This document shows, piece after piece, positions 28,160 through 36,844 of a stretch of DNA of 58,111 bases. The position numbers and the translations under genes were made by a program. The notes beneath the pieces are model-generated. The model had not been told where the DNA came from, ran no database searches, and saw only the letters and a program-made list of their open reading frames with translations. Positions within the stretch are counted from its first letter, which is position 1, and every line of letters starts with the position of its first letter. Origin of the DNA: Solirubrobacterales bacterium (GTDB lineage Bacteria > Actinomycetota > Thermoleophilia > Solirubrobacterales > 70-9); NCBI GenBank assembly GCA_049579585.1, contig JBAUOE010000105.1, positions 1 to 58,111 on the forward strand, in the 5' to 3' direction.

Positions 28160-28600
28160 ATGGAAGCTCAGGACAGATCAGGGGAACTGCCAGCAGATGG
28201 CTCGGAACTGATGAAGCTTTTTCTGCCGAACTCACCTTTCGTTGCCGAGATGGGCATCAGCCTTTCGGAGATAAGTGATGGTCGAGCCAGTTTGCTGATG
28301 CCGTTCCGGCCCGAACTGGTCACCATCGGCGACATGGTCCATGGAGGGGCGATCGCGGCACTGATCGACATCACCGCAATGGTCACTTCATGGGCCGGCG
28401 CCGATGTACCGGAGAAACTCCGGGGCGTGACCGTTTCGCTTTCAACCGAGTTCATCGACTCGGCGAACTCCGAAGACCTGGCCGGGGAAGGCACCTTGCT
28501 GCGCCGTGGGGCGTCGCTTTCGATGTCCGAAGTGGAAGTACGGAGCGTGGTTGACCAGCGCCTGATCGCAAAGGCGCTGGCCACCTACAAAGTGGGCTGA
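28160..28600 (+). CDS. PaaI-family hotdog-fold thioesterase
   Basis: 146 aa with the 'MVHGGAIAALIDIT' motif characteristic of PaaI/4HBT class II thioesterases. Confidence 0.8.
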   Translation: MEAQDRSGELPADGSELMKLFLPNSPFVAEMGISLSEISDGRASLLMPFRPELVTIGDMVHGGAIAALIDITAMVTSWAGADVPEKLRGVTVSLSTEFIDSANSEDLAGEGTLLRRGASLSMSEVEVRSVVDQRLIAKALATYKVG

Positions 28601-28603
28601 CCG

Positions 28604-29308
28604 TCAGGAATCGAGAGTCGACTTGATCTCGGCCTTCAGGGCGGCGATTGGCTCAGCCGACAGCCCCTGCTTGATGCCCTGCTGGACATGCTGCGGCTTG
28701 CCAGCCAGCGGCTCCGCAATCGCAATCGCGGCTGGCACCACATGGTCCTCGGCAGCCACCTGATCGACGATGCCTGCGGGGAGAGCTTCAGTGGCGGCGT
28801 ACCGACGCCCGGTAAGCATCGCTTCCCGGGCCGTTGCGTAGGTAAGACGGTGGGTGATCAGGGCGTTCATTCCGGGGACGAAGACCAGCCCGATATCTGC
28901 CTCGGGCAGGCAGAAGAACCCACGGTCCTCACGCATTACACGCCAGTCGCAGGCCAGGGCCATCATCGCGCCGGCAGCGAATGCGTGGCCGTTGAGCGCC
29001 GCCACGGTCGGTGCCGGGAACTCCAGCAGACGGATGAATACCTCGTAGACCCGACTCAGGGTTTCGCGACGACCCTGGTCGTCTGCGGCAGCCAGCCAGT
29101 CGAGGTCGAGCCCGTTCGAAAAGAACTTTCCCTGCCCGGTCAGGACCAGCGCTGAAGGTCCTTCTATCGCTTCGACCTGATCGAGCGCCGTTTCCAGTCC
29201 GTCGAGAGTGGTCGGATTGAAACGGTTCTCCCCCAGGTTCATCTGAACCACGGCGATACCCGTGTCCTGCACTTCGACGCTGATTCCTTCTTCAGTTGTT
29301 TCGGTCAC
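28604..29308 (-). CDS. enoyl-CoA hydratase/isomerase family protein
   Basis: 234 aa with crotonase-fold signatures (FFSNGLDL, LNGHAFAAGAMMALACD). Confidence 0.8.
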   Translation of the reverse strand: MTETTEEGISVEVQDTGIAVVQMNLGENRFNPTTLDGLETALDQVEAIEGPSALVLTGQGKFFSNGLDLDWLAAADDQGRRETLSRVYEVFIRLLEFPAPTVAALNGHAFAAGAMMALACDWRVMREDRGFFCLPEADIGLVFVPGMNALITHRLTYATAREAMLTGRRYAATEALPAGIVDQVAAEDHVVPAAIAIAEPLAGKPQHVQQGIKQGLSAEPIAALKAEIKSTLDS

Positions 29309-29958
29309 TTCCCAGCTCCTTCGGTTTCGAGTGAGGAGGCGTTGCCACTTCGGATGGCGCCAATTACCAGCTGCTCGCCAGTCCCAAGTACTCCTTTGAG
29401 GTTTTTCCGGGTCAGCTGATCCCGGCTGTACATCGACAGCACGCCGTTCCAGGATCCGAACAGGAATACGGTCACAGCCCGGGCCGAAACCCCGACGTTG
29501 CCACCCGCTTCGAGGGCCTGCGCGACCAGTTTCTCGAGCCTTTCAAGCATCGAAAAAATCGAAGCCCGGATCTCATCCCGGGCCTTGGCCACCCTCTCGT
29601 CACCTTCGCGGTCAACGTCGTGGAGTGACATCAGGCGCAGTGCCAGCGGATTGTCCAGGTGAAACTTCAAATAGGCACGACCAACGGCGATCAGTTGCTC
29701 GAAGACATCCACTGACTCGTCGTAGGCCGGTTCGAGCACTTCTTCGTTGGTTACCGCGGTGCGTTTCGCGAGCGCGAGGTAGAGATCCCCTTTGCCGCCC
29801 TCGAAGTTGAAATAGATGGAGCTGACCGCAACGTCCGCCCGTTCCGCGATTGCTTCAAGTGAAGCGTCGCGATAACCATTCGAGATGAAAAGTTCTTCGG
29901 CCGCATCAAGCACGGCCTTCTGGGTGCGTCGGCGACGGCGATCGATCTTTTCGGTCAT
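29305..29958 (-). CDS. TetR/AcrR family transcriptional regulator
   Basis: N-terminal HTH region (RRTQKAVLDAAEELFISNGYRDASLEAIAERADVAVSSIYFNF). 4-nt overlap with the downstream crotonase gene. Confidence 0.85.
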   Translation of the reverse strand: MTEKIDRRRRRTQKAVLDAAEELFISNGYRDASLEAIAERADVAVSSIYFNFEGGKGDLYLALAKRTAVTNEEVLEPAYDESVDVFEQLIAVGRAYLKFHLDNPLALRLMSLHDVDREGDERVAKARDEIRASIFSMLERLEKLVAQALEAGGNVGVSARAVTVFLFGSWNGVLSMYSRDQLTRKNLKGVLGTGEQLVIGAIRSGNASSLETEGAGK

Positions 29959-30042
29959 TCCCTAATTGTAATCACATTCCGAAAGCAGTACCAACTTCCG
30001 ATAATCATGGTTGGTCTCATCGCCGGATCGTTGAGCCGGTGG

Positions 30043-31947
30043 TCACCTCACCAGTTCAACCTCCATCGGCATCGGTTCGATCGCTCCAACCCCGCCGAGC
30101 AGGGCCAGGATCCGGGCGACATAAGCCTGGGTTTCGGGATAGTCCGGAATGCAGTTACAGGGCGAAACGGCACCCGGCCCGGCGTTGTAAGCAGCCAGAG
30201 CAAGTGCCGGTGAACCGAACTGGTCCAGCAGGTCGGACATCAGGTGCCCCTGGGCATCGATCGCCGCCACCGGATCGAACGGATCGCCGAGCCCGTATGC
30301 GGCGGCCGTGCCCGGCATGAACTGCGCGATTCCCTGCGCCCCGGCCGGCGAACCGGCGTTCGGATCGAAGTTGGATTCCGCGTAGAGCTGAGCCGCCAGC
30401 AGAGCCGCCGAAACACCCCACTTCATGGCCGATGCGAGGATCGGCTTTCGGTACCTGGCCGGCACGAAAGCAGGCAGCGCCGCGGCCGATGCCGACTCAG
30501 GACCACCCGTGGTCTGAACCCGGTTGCCCGCACCCGAGCAAGGCGCCGGCCCGGCCACGAAGCCGAAATGCCACGCTTCCCATGAGTACCTCTTCGTGAA
30601 TCCGAATCGGGTGGCGTTGGCCGCCAGCCAGCCGTAAGCCGTGGACGGACCGAGATCAAGCTCGGTTGCGCAGCGATGAAGCGATGTACCTGGACGGGCG
30701 ACCCAGGTCGGATCCGGGTTGGCGGCGAACAGGGCAGCCTGTTCAGCATCAGACCGAAACGCGGAGGTGATCGAGAGGGTGACCCCGGCCGCTGCGGCCG
30801 CAGCCGACATCCGGTCGAAAGCGACAGCGACATCGGGACGCATGCCTTTTCCCTGCCTTTCGGACAACGGACCTGAATATCCACCACCCGTCGCCACCGT
30901 TGGAACGGAACCCATAGAAACCGGTGCGCCGACCCGGGCTTCGGCCCAGTCCGACGTCGCTCCGGCCGGTCCTCCGCTCTCAACCCGGGAGCGAATCGTG
31001 ACGATCGTCCTCACCGGTGCGTACGAAATCGAATCGGGGAACCTTACCGAGACTCGAATCGGGGAGGCTCCATTTTGCACGGCGATCCTGGTCGCGGTCA
31101 ACCGGGCCCGCATCAGGTACTCGAACTTGCTCATGTGGGCAGGGTTCGGCGCGCCGTTCGGCAGCACCGGTGGCGCCAGCAGACGGGGCAGGTCGTTCTT
31201 CATCGAACGGGCCGATGAGAGGGCTGAAAGGTCAGCGACCGATTGCGCCCTCGCTTTGCCCGTGATCGCACCCGCGATCGCGGCCAGAGCAACCGTGGTC
31301 AGGACGAGAACGAAAACCGCACCGAGAACCAGCGGCGTGGCCTGACCGCTTTCGCCTGCCAAAGACGCCTGCTTCCGGAGCCCGGCTCTGGCCCGTGCGG
31401 ACTTCCTGCCGGCAAGCAAACGGCGAGAGGCGAACCGCCCCGGGGCTTCCGGCACGAGTTCGACGGCATCGGCGAAATCTCCGGCTTCCCGGAGGGCAAG
31501 TTCGGAGAGCGCCCGCAGACCCTCCTGCTCCGTCGGATCAAATCGAAAGAGCACCTGATCCGCCCGGAAGTCGGGCGAATCGATCAGCTCCCGATAGCGG
31601 TCCGGCGGAAGGGCAACCGCCAAGCGCACCTGGCCGTCGAGAGCATCGATCAGTTGCAGGACACTCTCGACAGCGGAGGCATCGTCAGGGACTGTCGCGA
31701 CGCAGAGCGCGCCGCGTGAACGAAGTTCGATTGCCGGGCCCCGGGCTGCGATCGAACCCTGCAGTTCTTTAGCCCAGGCCGATGCGACCAGGGTTGCCGG
31801 ACGGGGGCGCTGCGAGGTGACTTCGATCAGCAGGGCGCCTTCATCAATTTCGATCTGGCCCTGGAGAGCCAGGGCGGCGGTCGCCGTGGTCCCGCCCGCA
31901 CCGGCGAGTGCCGTGACCAGAGTCAGGTATTGCCCCGGCCGCCTCAT
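30043..31947 (-). CDS. multidomain envelope protein: unknown cytoplasmic N-domain, TadE/G-like membrane helix, VanY/M15 peptidase domain and SLT lytic transglycosylase domain
   Basis: 634 aa with an ATGA start/stop overlap with the upstream TadE-like gene. aa ~200-250 'GQATPLVLGAVFVLVLTTVALAAIAG...AQSVADLSALSSA' is TadE/G-like. 'SAFRSDAEQ..PGTSLHRCATELDL..WEAWHFGF' matches the M15 H/D/H zinc pattern. 'AESNFDPNAGSPAGAQGIAQFMPGTA...AAYNAG' is an SLT motif. Confidence 0.75.
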   Translation of the reverse strand: MRRPGQYLTLVTALAGAGGTTATAALALQGQIEIDEGALLIEVTSQRPRPATLVASAWAKELQGSIAARGPAIELRSRGALCVATVPDDASAVESVLQLIDALDGQVRLAVALPPDRYRELIDSPDFRADQVLFRFDPTEQEGLRALSELALREAGDFADAVELVPEAPGRFASRRLLAGRKSARARAGLRKQASLAGESGQATPLVLGAVFVLVLTTVALAAIAGAITGKARAQSVADLSALSSARSMKNDLPRLLAPPVLPNGAPNPAHMSKFEYLMRARLTATRIAVQNGASPIRVSVRFPDSISYAPVRTIVTIRSRVESGGPAGATSDWAEARVGAPVSMGSVPTVATGGGYSGPLSERQGKGMRPDVAVAFDRMSAAAAAAGVTLSITSAFRSDAEQAALFAANPDPTWVARPGTSLHRCATELDLGPSTAYGWLAANATRFGFTKRYSWEAWHFGFVAGPAPCSGAGNRVQTTGGPESASAAALPAFVPARYRKPILASAMKWGVSAALLAAQLYAESNFDPNAGSPAGAQGIAQFMPGTAAAYGLGDPFDPVAAIDAQGHLMSDLLDQFGSPALALAAYNAGPGAVSPCNCIPDYPETQAYVARILALLGGVGAIEPMPMEVELVR

Positions 31948-32273
31948 CGTGACTTAACGCTCGCGCTCGAGGTCAGCGAGATCCGGTCCGAAAGCGCAGT
32001 AAACGGAGACGGCGGTCGGATCGTCACCTCGACCCGTTCGCCGAAGCGTCTCACCGAAACCCTCGACCGGGCCCAGCCGGGAAGGGCATCCCTCACCGCC
32101 GGTTCGACCGGTTTCCCCTGGACCAGTGCCACTGCCCCGGCTGTTGCAGCACCGTCTGCCACCGTCAGCGAATAGCCGGTGGCGAGCAACTGGAAGCAGA
32201 CCAGACCGGCCAGCGCCAGGACAGCCATCCCGGCCACCGCTTCGACCGATGCCTGTCCGGATTCAGCCTTCAC
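31944..32273 (-). CDS. TadE-like pseudopilin-type protein
   Basis: 109 aa. The N-terminus 'ESGQASVEAVAGMAVLALAGLVCFQLL' fits the TadE/TadF leader plus hydrophobic helix pattern. Confidence 0.6.
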   Translation of the reverse strand: MKAESGQASVEAVAGMAVLALAGLVCFQLLATGYSLTVADGAATAGAVALVQGKPVEPAVRDALPGWARSRVSVRRFGERVEVTIRPPSPFTALSDRISLTSSASVKSR

Positions 32274-32613
32274 CGTATGAAGCCGATCCGTAGACGAATG
32301 CTTCCGGCATCCCGGGCAGCAGTTGCGGGATCTTTACCCCCACCTCGACCCCATCGTCCCGAGAGACTCTCATTCCCGCACGAAGCGGACCGGGAAGAGC
32401 GTGCTCAGCCGCGCTGCGAGGTTCCCGGCCAGTCAGCACCGCGCGTGCGCCGGCCTTTGCCGCTATTCCCGCCGACCAGAATGCATGGCCCGCCACGGCG
32501 ATCTGACCGGCGATCAGGAGGGATATCAACACGATCGGAATCGACCCGATCAGTTCGATCGAGACCGCGCCGCGATCTCCCTCAATCAGCTGTTCAAGCC
32601 CGCCTTTCTCCAT
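32263..32613 (-). CDS. TadE-like pseudopilin-type protein
   Basis: 116 aa. 'DRGAVSIELIGSIPIVLISLLIAGQIAVAG' fits the TadE N-terminal motif. It overlaps the next gene by 11 nt. Confidence 0.65.
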   Translation of the reverse strand: MEKGGLEQLIEGDRGAVSIELIGSIPIVLISLLIAGQIAVAGHAFWSAGIAAKAGARAVLTGREPRSAAEHALPGPLRAGMRVSRDDGVEVGVKIPQLLPGMPEAFVYGSASYGEG

Positions 32614-32715
32614 GTCGCGAGCCTGCCCGAAGTCGGCTCAACGGTTGCTGGCAGGCTGTGAAATATCGCAAACGAAACAGGCACCCGAGTGTGCCCCGGC
32701 AACGGCGGTCCGAAG

Positions 32716-33630
32716 TCAGCGACGGAAAAACGAACCGATCGAACGAACCGGCCGGGTAATCCGCCAGCTCAGCGAATTCTCGTATGCGACACGAATCGCC
32801 CGGGTCCGATCCCCTTCTTCGCCGATGTGCCGCCCGAGATTCTCCACTTCGCGCCGGATCTGCTCCAGGTTGTGCCTGAGGGCCACAGCTTCCCGGGCGT
32901 CCGGGCCCGGTTCAAGCAATTCCGCCGCGGTGATCGAAACTTCCTTCTTTCTCATCATCAGCCAGCACTGGTTGTGAACCCACGGGCTGGCTACAACCAG
33001 TTCAAAGGCCCGGCCCCAGTGTTCCCGGACCCACCAGTCAGACATCAGCACCATCGGCCCACCCTCGTCCCACGGCCGATCATGGAAAAGGGTGTTCATG
33101 CCAATGCGATTCTCATCCCAGGCTTCCCCGGCGATCTCCTCCGAGTTCCACTCGCCCATGTAGCTGGCCATCAGGAAACCACCGGGCTTCAGCACCCGGT
33201 GAAGTTCGAGCAGCCACTCTGCCGAGTTGCCGGCCAGATGCGTGAACACCGAGATTGCCCACGCAAAATCGAAACTCTCCGATTCGAAAGGGAGCGGCGG
33301 ATCGATGCCGGCCCGCAGGACATTGAGTGGCGGGCAGAGGTTCTCCTCCAGCCATTCGATGCTGCGCCCGTCAATGTCGGCCCCCCAGAACTCTCCCGAT
33401 TCAGCTTCAGCCAGGAAGTGCCGGAGGGTTCGACCGGCGCCACAGCCGAAATCCAGGACCCGTTTGCCTTCCAGGCCGAAATCCCGGGGAAGCAAGGCCA
33501 GCAATTGATCCCGCGCGAACGCCCCTTTTGCTTCGTATGAAGCGAAGCCTTCCGGATCATTGCCCTCGAGGCTGTGGACCCGATTGGCCAAATCGAAGGG
33601 TGGGTACGGATACCCGGCGCTCCGGCTCAA
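32716..33630 (-). CDS. class I SAM-dependent methyltransferase
   Basis: Motif I VLDFGCGAGR, then FDFAWAISVFTH and LKPGG. Confidence 0.8.
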   Translation of the reverse strand: MSRSAGYPYPPFDLANRVHSLEGNDPEGFASYEAKGAFARDQLLALLPRDFGLEGKRVLDFGCGAGRTLRHFLAEAESGEFWGADIDGRSIEWLEENLCPPLNVLRAGIDPPLPFESESFDFAWAISVFTHLAGNSAEWLLELHRVLKPGGFLMASYMGEWNSEEIAGEAWDENRIGMNTLFHDRPWDEGGPMVLMSDWWVREHWGRAFELVVASPWVHNQCWLMMRKKEVSITAAELLEPGPDAREAVALRHNLEQIRREVENLGRHIGEEGDRTRAIRVAYENSLSWRITRPVRSIGSFFRR

Positions 33631-34367
33631 ATCCGGTCCCCCGTGCTGATCCGGCTGATTACCGGCGAATGGTCCGACAGGCGAATCATCAAATCCGACT
33701 CTGGATCGGGCACATCACGCCGTTCCGGACTCCAGCTGGAGGTTGGTCGCTCGACGATGCCACCGCGAAGCAGGATGTGGTCGATCGATCCGTGCTCGGT
33801 CGGCAGGGAGAATCCGTATTCATCGTGAAGCTGCTGGAAAACCTCGCTCTTTCCCGGCCGGATGTTGAAATCTCCTCCGAGAACCAGCGGCCGGTCATCG
33901 CCAGCCCACTTGATTGCTTCTGCGGCGGCGCGCATTACATCCCGTTCGCCTTTCGCCTGACCGGTGCTGGCATGGAAATTGGCGACACAGAGCCCGTCGG
34001 CCATCCTGACCATCGACATCGTCCGCCGCTCCGGTAACCAGCAGAGCGTTTTGCTTGCCCGCTGCGTGACCAGAGAACCCGGCCGGTCCTTACGAACCAG
34101 GATCAGGTTGCTGCCACCTTCCCAGCTTCCCGGCAGATGCGGACGCAACCGGGCCACCGGCGACATGACCGGTGACATCCAGTTTCGTGAAGTCAGGGCC
34201 CTGAACTCGAACGACGAAGTTGCCCTGGCCAGACGTTCATCCCAGCGGGGCGGCACTTCCTGGAGCAGGGCGATGTCCCATTTGGCCGCGGCCAAGAAGG
34301 CTGCGAACTCGTCGAACAGGTCCCGATTGAGCAGCACGTGTTCACGGCCAGGCACCCGGCGTCCCAT
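33627..34367 (-). CDS. endonuclease/exonuclease/phosphatase (EEP) family protein
   Basis: 246 aa with LQEV, GGDFN and a C-terminal SDHSPV motif. 4-nt overlap with the methyltransferase gene. Confidence 0.75.
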   Translation of the reverse strand: MGRRVPGREHVLLNRDLFDEFAAFLAAAKWDIALLQEVPPRWDERLARATSSFEFRALTSRNWMSPVMSPVARLRPHLPGSWEGGSNLILVRKDRPGSLVTQRASKTLCWLPERRTMSMVRMADGLCVANFHASTGQAKGERDVMRAAAEAIKWAGDDRPLVLGGDFNIRPGKSEVFQQLHDEYGFSLPTEHGSIDHILLRGGIVERPTSSWSPERRDVPDPESDLMIRLSDHSPVISRISTGDRI

Positions 34368-34456
34368 GACTTTCCACGAGAGTCCTGCCTCGCCCGGTTT
34401 CGGCTCCGGCGGAAAGTCACGACCGTGGAAAAGGTTCCAGGAAAGCAGCCGGCGGT

Positions 34457-34828
34457 TCAGTAGCTCTTCGCCTCCGACCAGACCAGCCAGATCGTGACGC
34501 CGGCCGATCCCATCAGCAGAATCCAGGCGAGAGTTCCCAATCCGGTGCTGAACATCTGGTTGCTGCCGGCGATCATCAGCACGATCAGTCCGACCGCCGA
34601 GAAAAGGACCAGACGCCTGGAGTCAGGCATGGCCAGCATGGTCAGACGGTTTGCCAGATACGCCTGGTAGACCGCAAAAGAGATCGCCGTCAGGAAAGCC
34701 ATGGAAATGGCGAGCAGCACGGCGCTGGCGAAAGCTCCACCGCCCGGCAGAAAAGCGACACCCAGCGCGAGCAGCGCGATGATCGCAATATTGCGTGCCG
34801 CAGTCATGTGAAGAAGCTTATCCCGCAA
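34457..34828 (-). CDS. small integral membrane protein (about 4 TM), unknown function
   Basis: 123-aa hydrophobic ORF that overlaps the upstream small ORF by 11 nt. Confidence 0.55.
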   Translation of the reverse strand: MRDKLLHMTAARNIAIIALLALGVAFLPGGGAFASAVLLAISMAFLTAISFAVYQAYLANRLTMLAMPDSRRLVLFSAVGLIVLMIAGSNQMFSTGLGTLAWILLMGSAGVTIWLVWSEAKSY

Positions 34829-35063
34829 CCATTATTACGAGGCCGAAAACGATGATCGTGACCGTCAAGGCCAGCGAGATCGCGCCGACCGCGAGCGAAC
34901 CGATCGCGGCCGCAGTCCGTCCCTCAAGGTTGTAATCCACGTACTTTGCGGTGCCACGAATGCCGAGGGAAACCACGATCGTGAGCAGGATTGCCGCGAC
35001 CGCACCGGCGACCACCGATTGCAGCAGTTCAGACCAGTTGACAACGGTCGCGAGGAGGATCAC
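34818..35063 (-). CDS. small integral membrane protein (2 TM), unknown function
   Basis: 81-aa ORF with a 4-nt overlap with the pit stop. Confidence 0.5.
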   Translation of the reverse strand: MILLATVVNWSELLQSVVAGAVAAILLTIVVSLGIRGTAKYVDYNLEGRTAAAIGSLAVGAISLALTVTIIVFGLVIMVAG

Positions 35064-36175
35064 GATTCAGCCGCTCCGACTGGCGCTCCGCGGCGATAAC
35101 GCTGAACGAATGCGGCAATGATCGCCACGACCGAAACAATGCTGATGATGATCGGGCCGAGGTTCCCTCCGCCCATAAGCACCGTGAATCCGAATGTGGC
35201 GGCCCCGATCGCGGCTGCCGCCGGGAGGGTCAGCACCCAGGCAGTGACGATGTTGCCTGCCACTCCCCACCGAACGGCCGACAGCCGCTTGGCAACGCCG
35301 GAACCCATCACCCCTCCGTTGATCACATGGGTGGTTGAAAGCGGAAACCCGTAGTGGGAAGAAGCCATGATCACGGCCGCGCCAGCCCCCTGGGAAGCGA
35401 ATCCCTGCGCGGTATCCATCTTGATGATCTTGGTACCGGTGGTCTTGATGATCTTCCAGCCACCGCTGTAGGTGCCGAGAGCGATCGCGGTGGCGGCCGA
35501 GAAGATCACCCAGAAAGGTGGATCGGACCCGGCGCTCAGCACGCCATCAGCGACCAGGGCGAGCGTGATTACACCCATTGTCTTCTGGGCATCGTTGGTG
35601 CCGTGGGCCAGCGCCAGCAACCCTCCGGAAGCGATCTGAGCCACCCTGTATCCGCGGTTCACGGGACCGGGTCGCAGGTTGTTGACGATGCGATAGGAAA
35701 TCGAGATCGCCAGCGCGGCGACCAGGAAAGCGAGGATCGGGGCCACAACACCGGGAACCAGGACCTTGCCAACCAGGCCCTGAACTTCGATCGCCCCGGT
35801 ACCGACCGCCGCTACGGCTGATCCGACAATGCCGCCGATGAGCGCGTGCGAACTTGATGAAGGCAGGCCGTAGTACCAGGTGATCAGGTTCCAGGCGATC
35901 GCACCCATCAGCCCGGCGAAGACGACGTTGAGAGCGTCAGCGCCGGCAATGGCCGACGGGTTGACGACATCTTTGGCGATCGTGGCCGCAACCTCGATCG
36001 AGATGAATGCACCGATGAAGTTAAGGATTGCCGCGAAAGCGATCGCGACTTTCGGTGACGCCGCCCCGGTCGAGATCGAAGTCGCGACGACGTTCGCCGT
36101 GTCGTGAAACCCATTGGTGAAATCGAAGGCCAGCGCCGTAACGATGACGATGACGAGAATCAGATGGGGGTCCAC
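35060..36175 (-). CDS. pit: inorganic phosphate transporter, PiT family
   Basis: The FDFTNGFHDTANVVATSI signature, repeated later as AHGTNDAQKTMGVI. Polytopic, 371 aa. Confidence 0.9.
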   Translation of the reverse strand: MDPHLILVIVIVTALAFDFTNGFHDTANVVATSISTGAASPKVAIAFAAILNFIGAFISIEVAATIAKDVVNPSAIAGADALNVVFAGLMGAIAWNLITWYYGLPSSSSHALIGGIVGSAVAAVGTGAIEVQGLVGKVLVPGVVAPILAFLVAALAISISYRIVNNLRPGPVNRGYRVAQIASGGLLALAHGTNDAQKTMGVITLALVADGVLSAGSDPPFWVIFSAATAIALGTYSGGWKIIKTTGTKIIKMDTAQGFASQGAGAAVIMASSHYGFPLSTTHVINGGVMGSGVAKRLSAVRWGVAGNIVTAWVLTLPAAAAIGAATFGFTVLMGGGNLGPIIISIVSVVAIIAAFVQRYRRGAPVGAAES

Positions 36176-36181
36176 AAAGCC

Positions 36182-36799
36182 CTAGCTGTTCTTGATGACG
36201 ATGCCTTCAAGAATGTGCGCCGCGGTCTCCGTGGAGTCGATCGCTTTCTCGAGGACGGCAAACATGTCTTTCCAGCGGATCACGACCATCGGATCGATTC
36301 CGTTCGAGAAGAGTGAAGCAACCGCATCACGCGAGACCCGGTCACCGTCATTCTCGAGACGATGGATTTCGATCCAGTACTTGTCCAGATCCTTGAAGGT
36401 CGGCAGATTCTCGAGCCCGGCCGCCAGCTGTTCACAGCAACCAACCAGAATTCTGGTCAGTTCCTGGGCCTGGGACATCGGGGCTTCGATCTTGTAGAGG
36501 CCGAGGAAATCCGCGGCTTCTTCGATGTAATCGACAACGTCATCGAGCTTGGTCGCCAGACCGTAAATGTCCTCACGGTCAATCGGCGTCACGAATGTCG
36601 AGTTGAGACGCTTGATGATGTCGTGGGTGATCCGGTCTCCCTCCTGCTCGGTCAGCAGGATCTCCCGGGTGAGCCCGTTGTCATCGGGCCAGGCATTCAT
36701 CATCTCGTCCAGCATCCTGGATGCTCGCAGCGTGTTCTGACCGGCCTCGCTGAAGAGGTCGAAGAAACTGCTGTCCTTGGGTAGAAGTGAGAAACGCAT
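36182..36799 (-). CDS. DUF47 / PhoU-like phosphate transport regulator (Pit accessory protein)
   Basis: Start taken at ATG 36799 (MRFSLLPKDSSFFDLF...), a typical DUF47 N-terminus. It lies 6 nt upstream of pit. Confidence 0.85.
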   Translation of the reverse strand: MRFSLLPKDSSFFDLFSEAGQNTLRASRMLDEMMNAWPDDNGLTREILLTEQEGDRITHDIIKRLNSTFVTPIDREDIYGLATKLDDVVDYIEEAADFLGLYKIEAPMSQAQELTRILVGCCEQLAAGLENLPTFKDLDKYWIEIHRLENDGDRVSRDAVASLFSNGIDPMVVIRWKDMFAVLEKAIDSTETAAHILEGIVIKNS

Positions 36800-36844
36800 T
36801 ACGGCCGCGGCCAACCTACCAGAGCTTTACTTTTTACCAACAGG

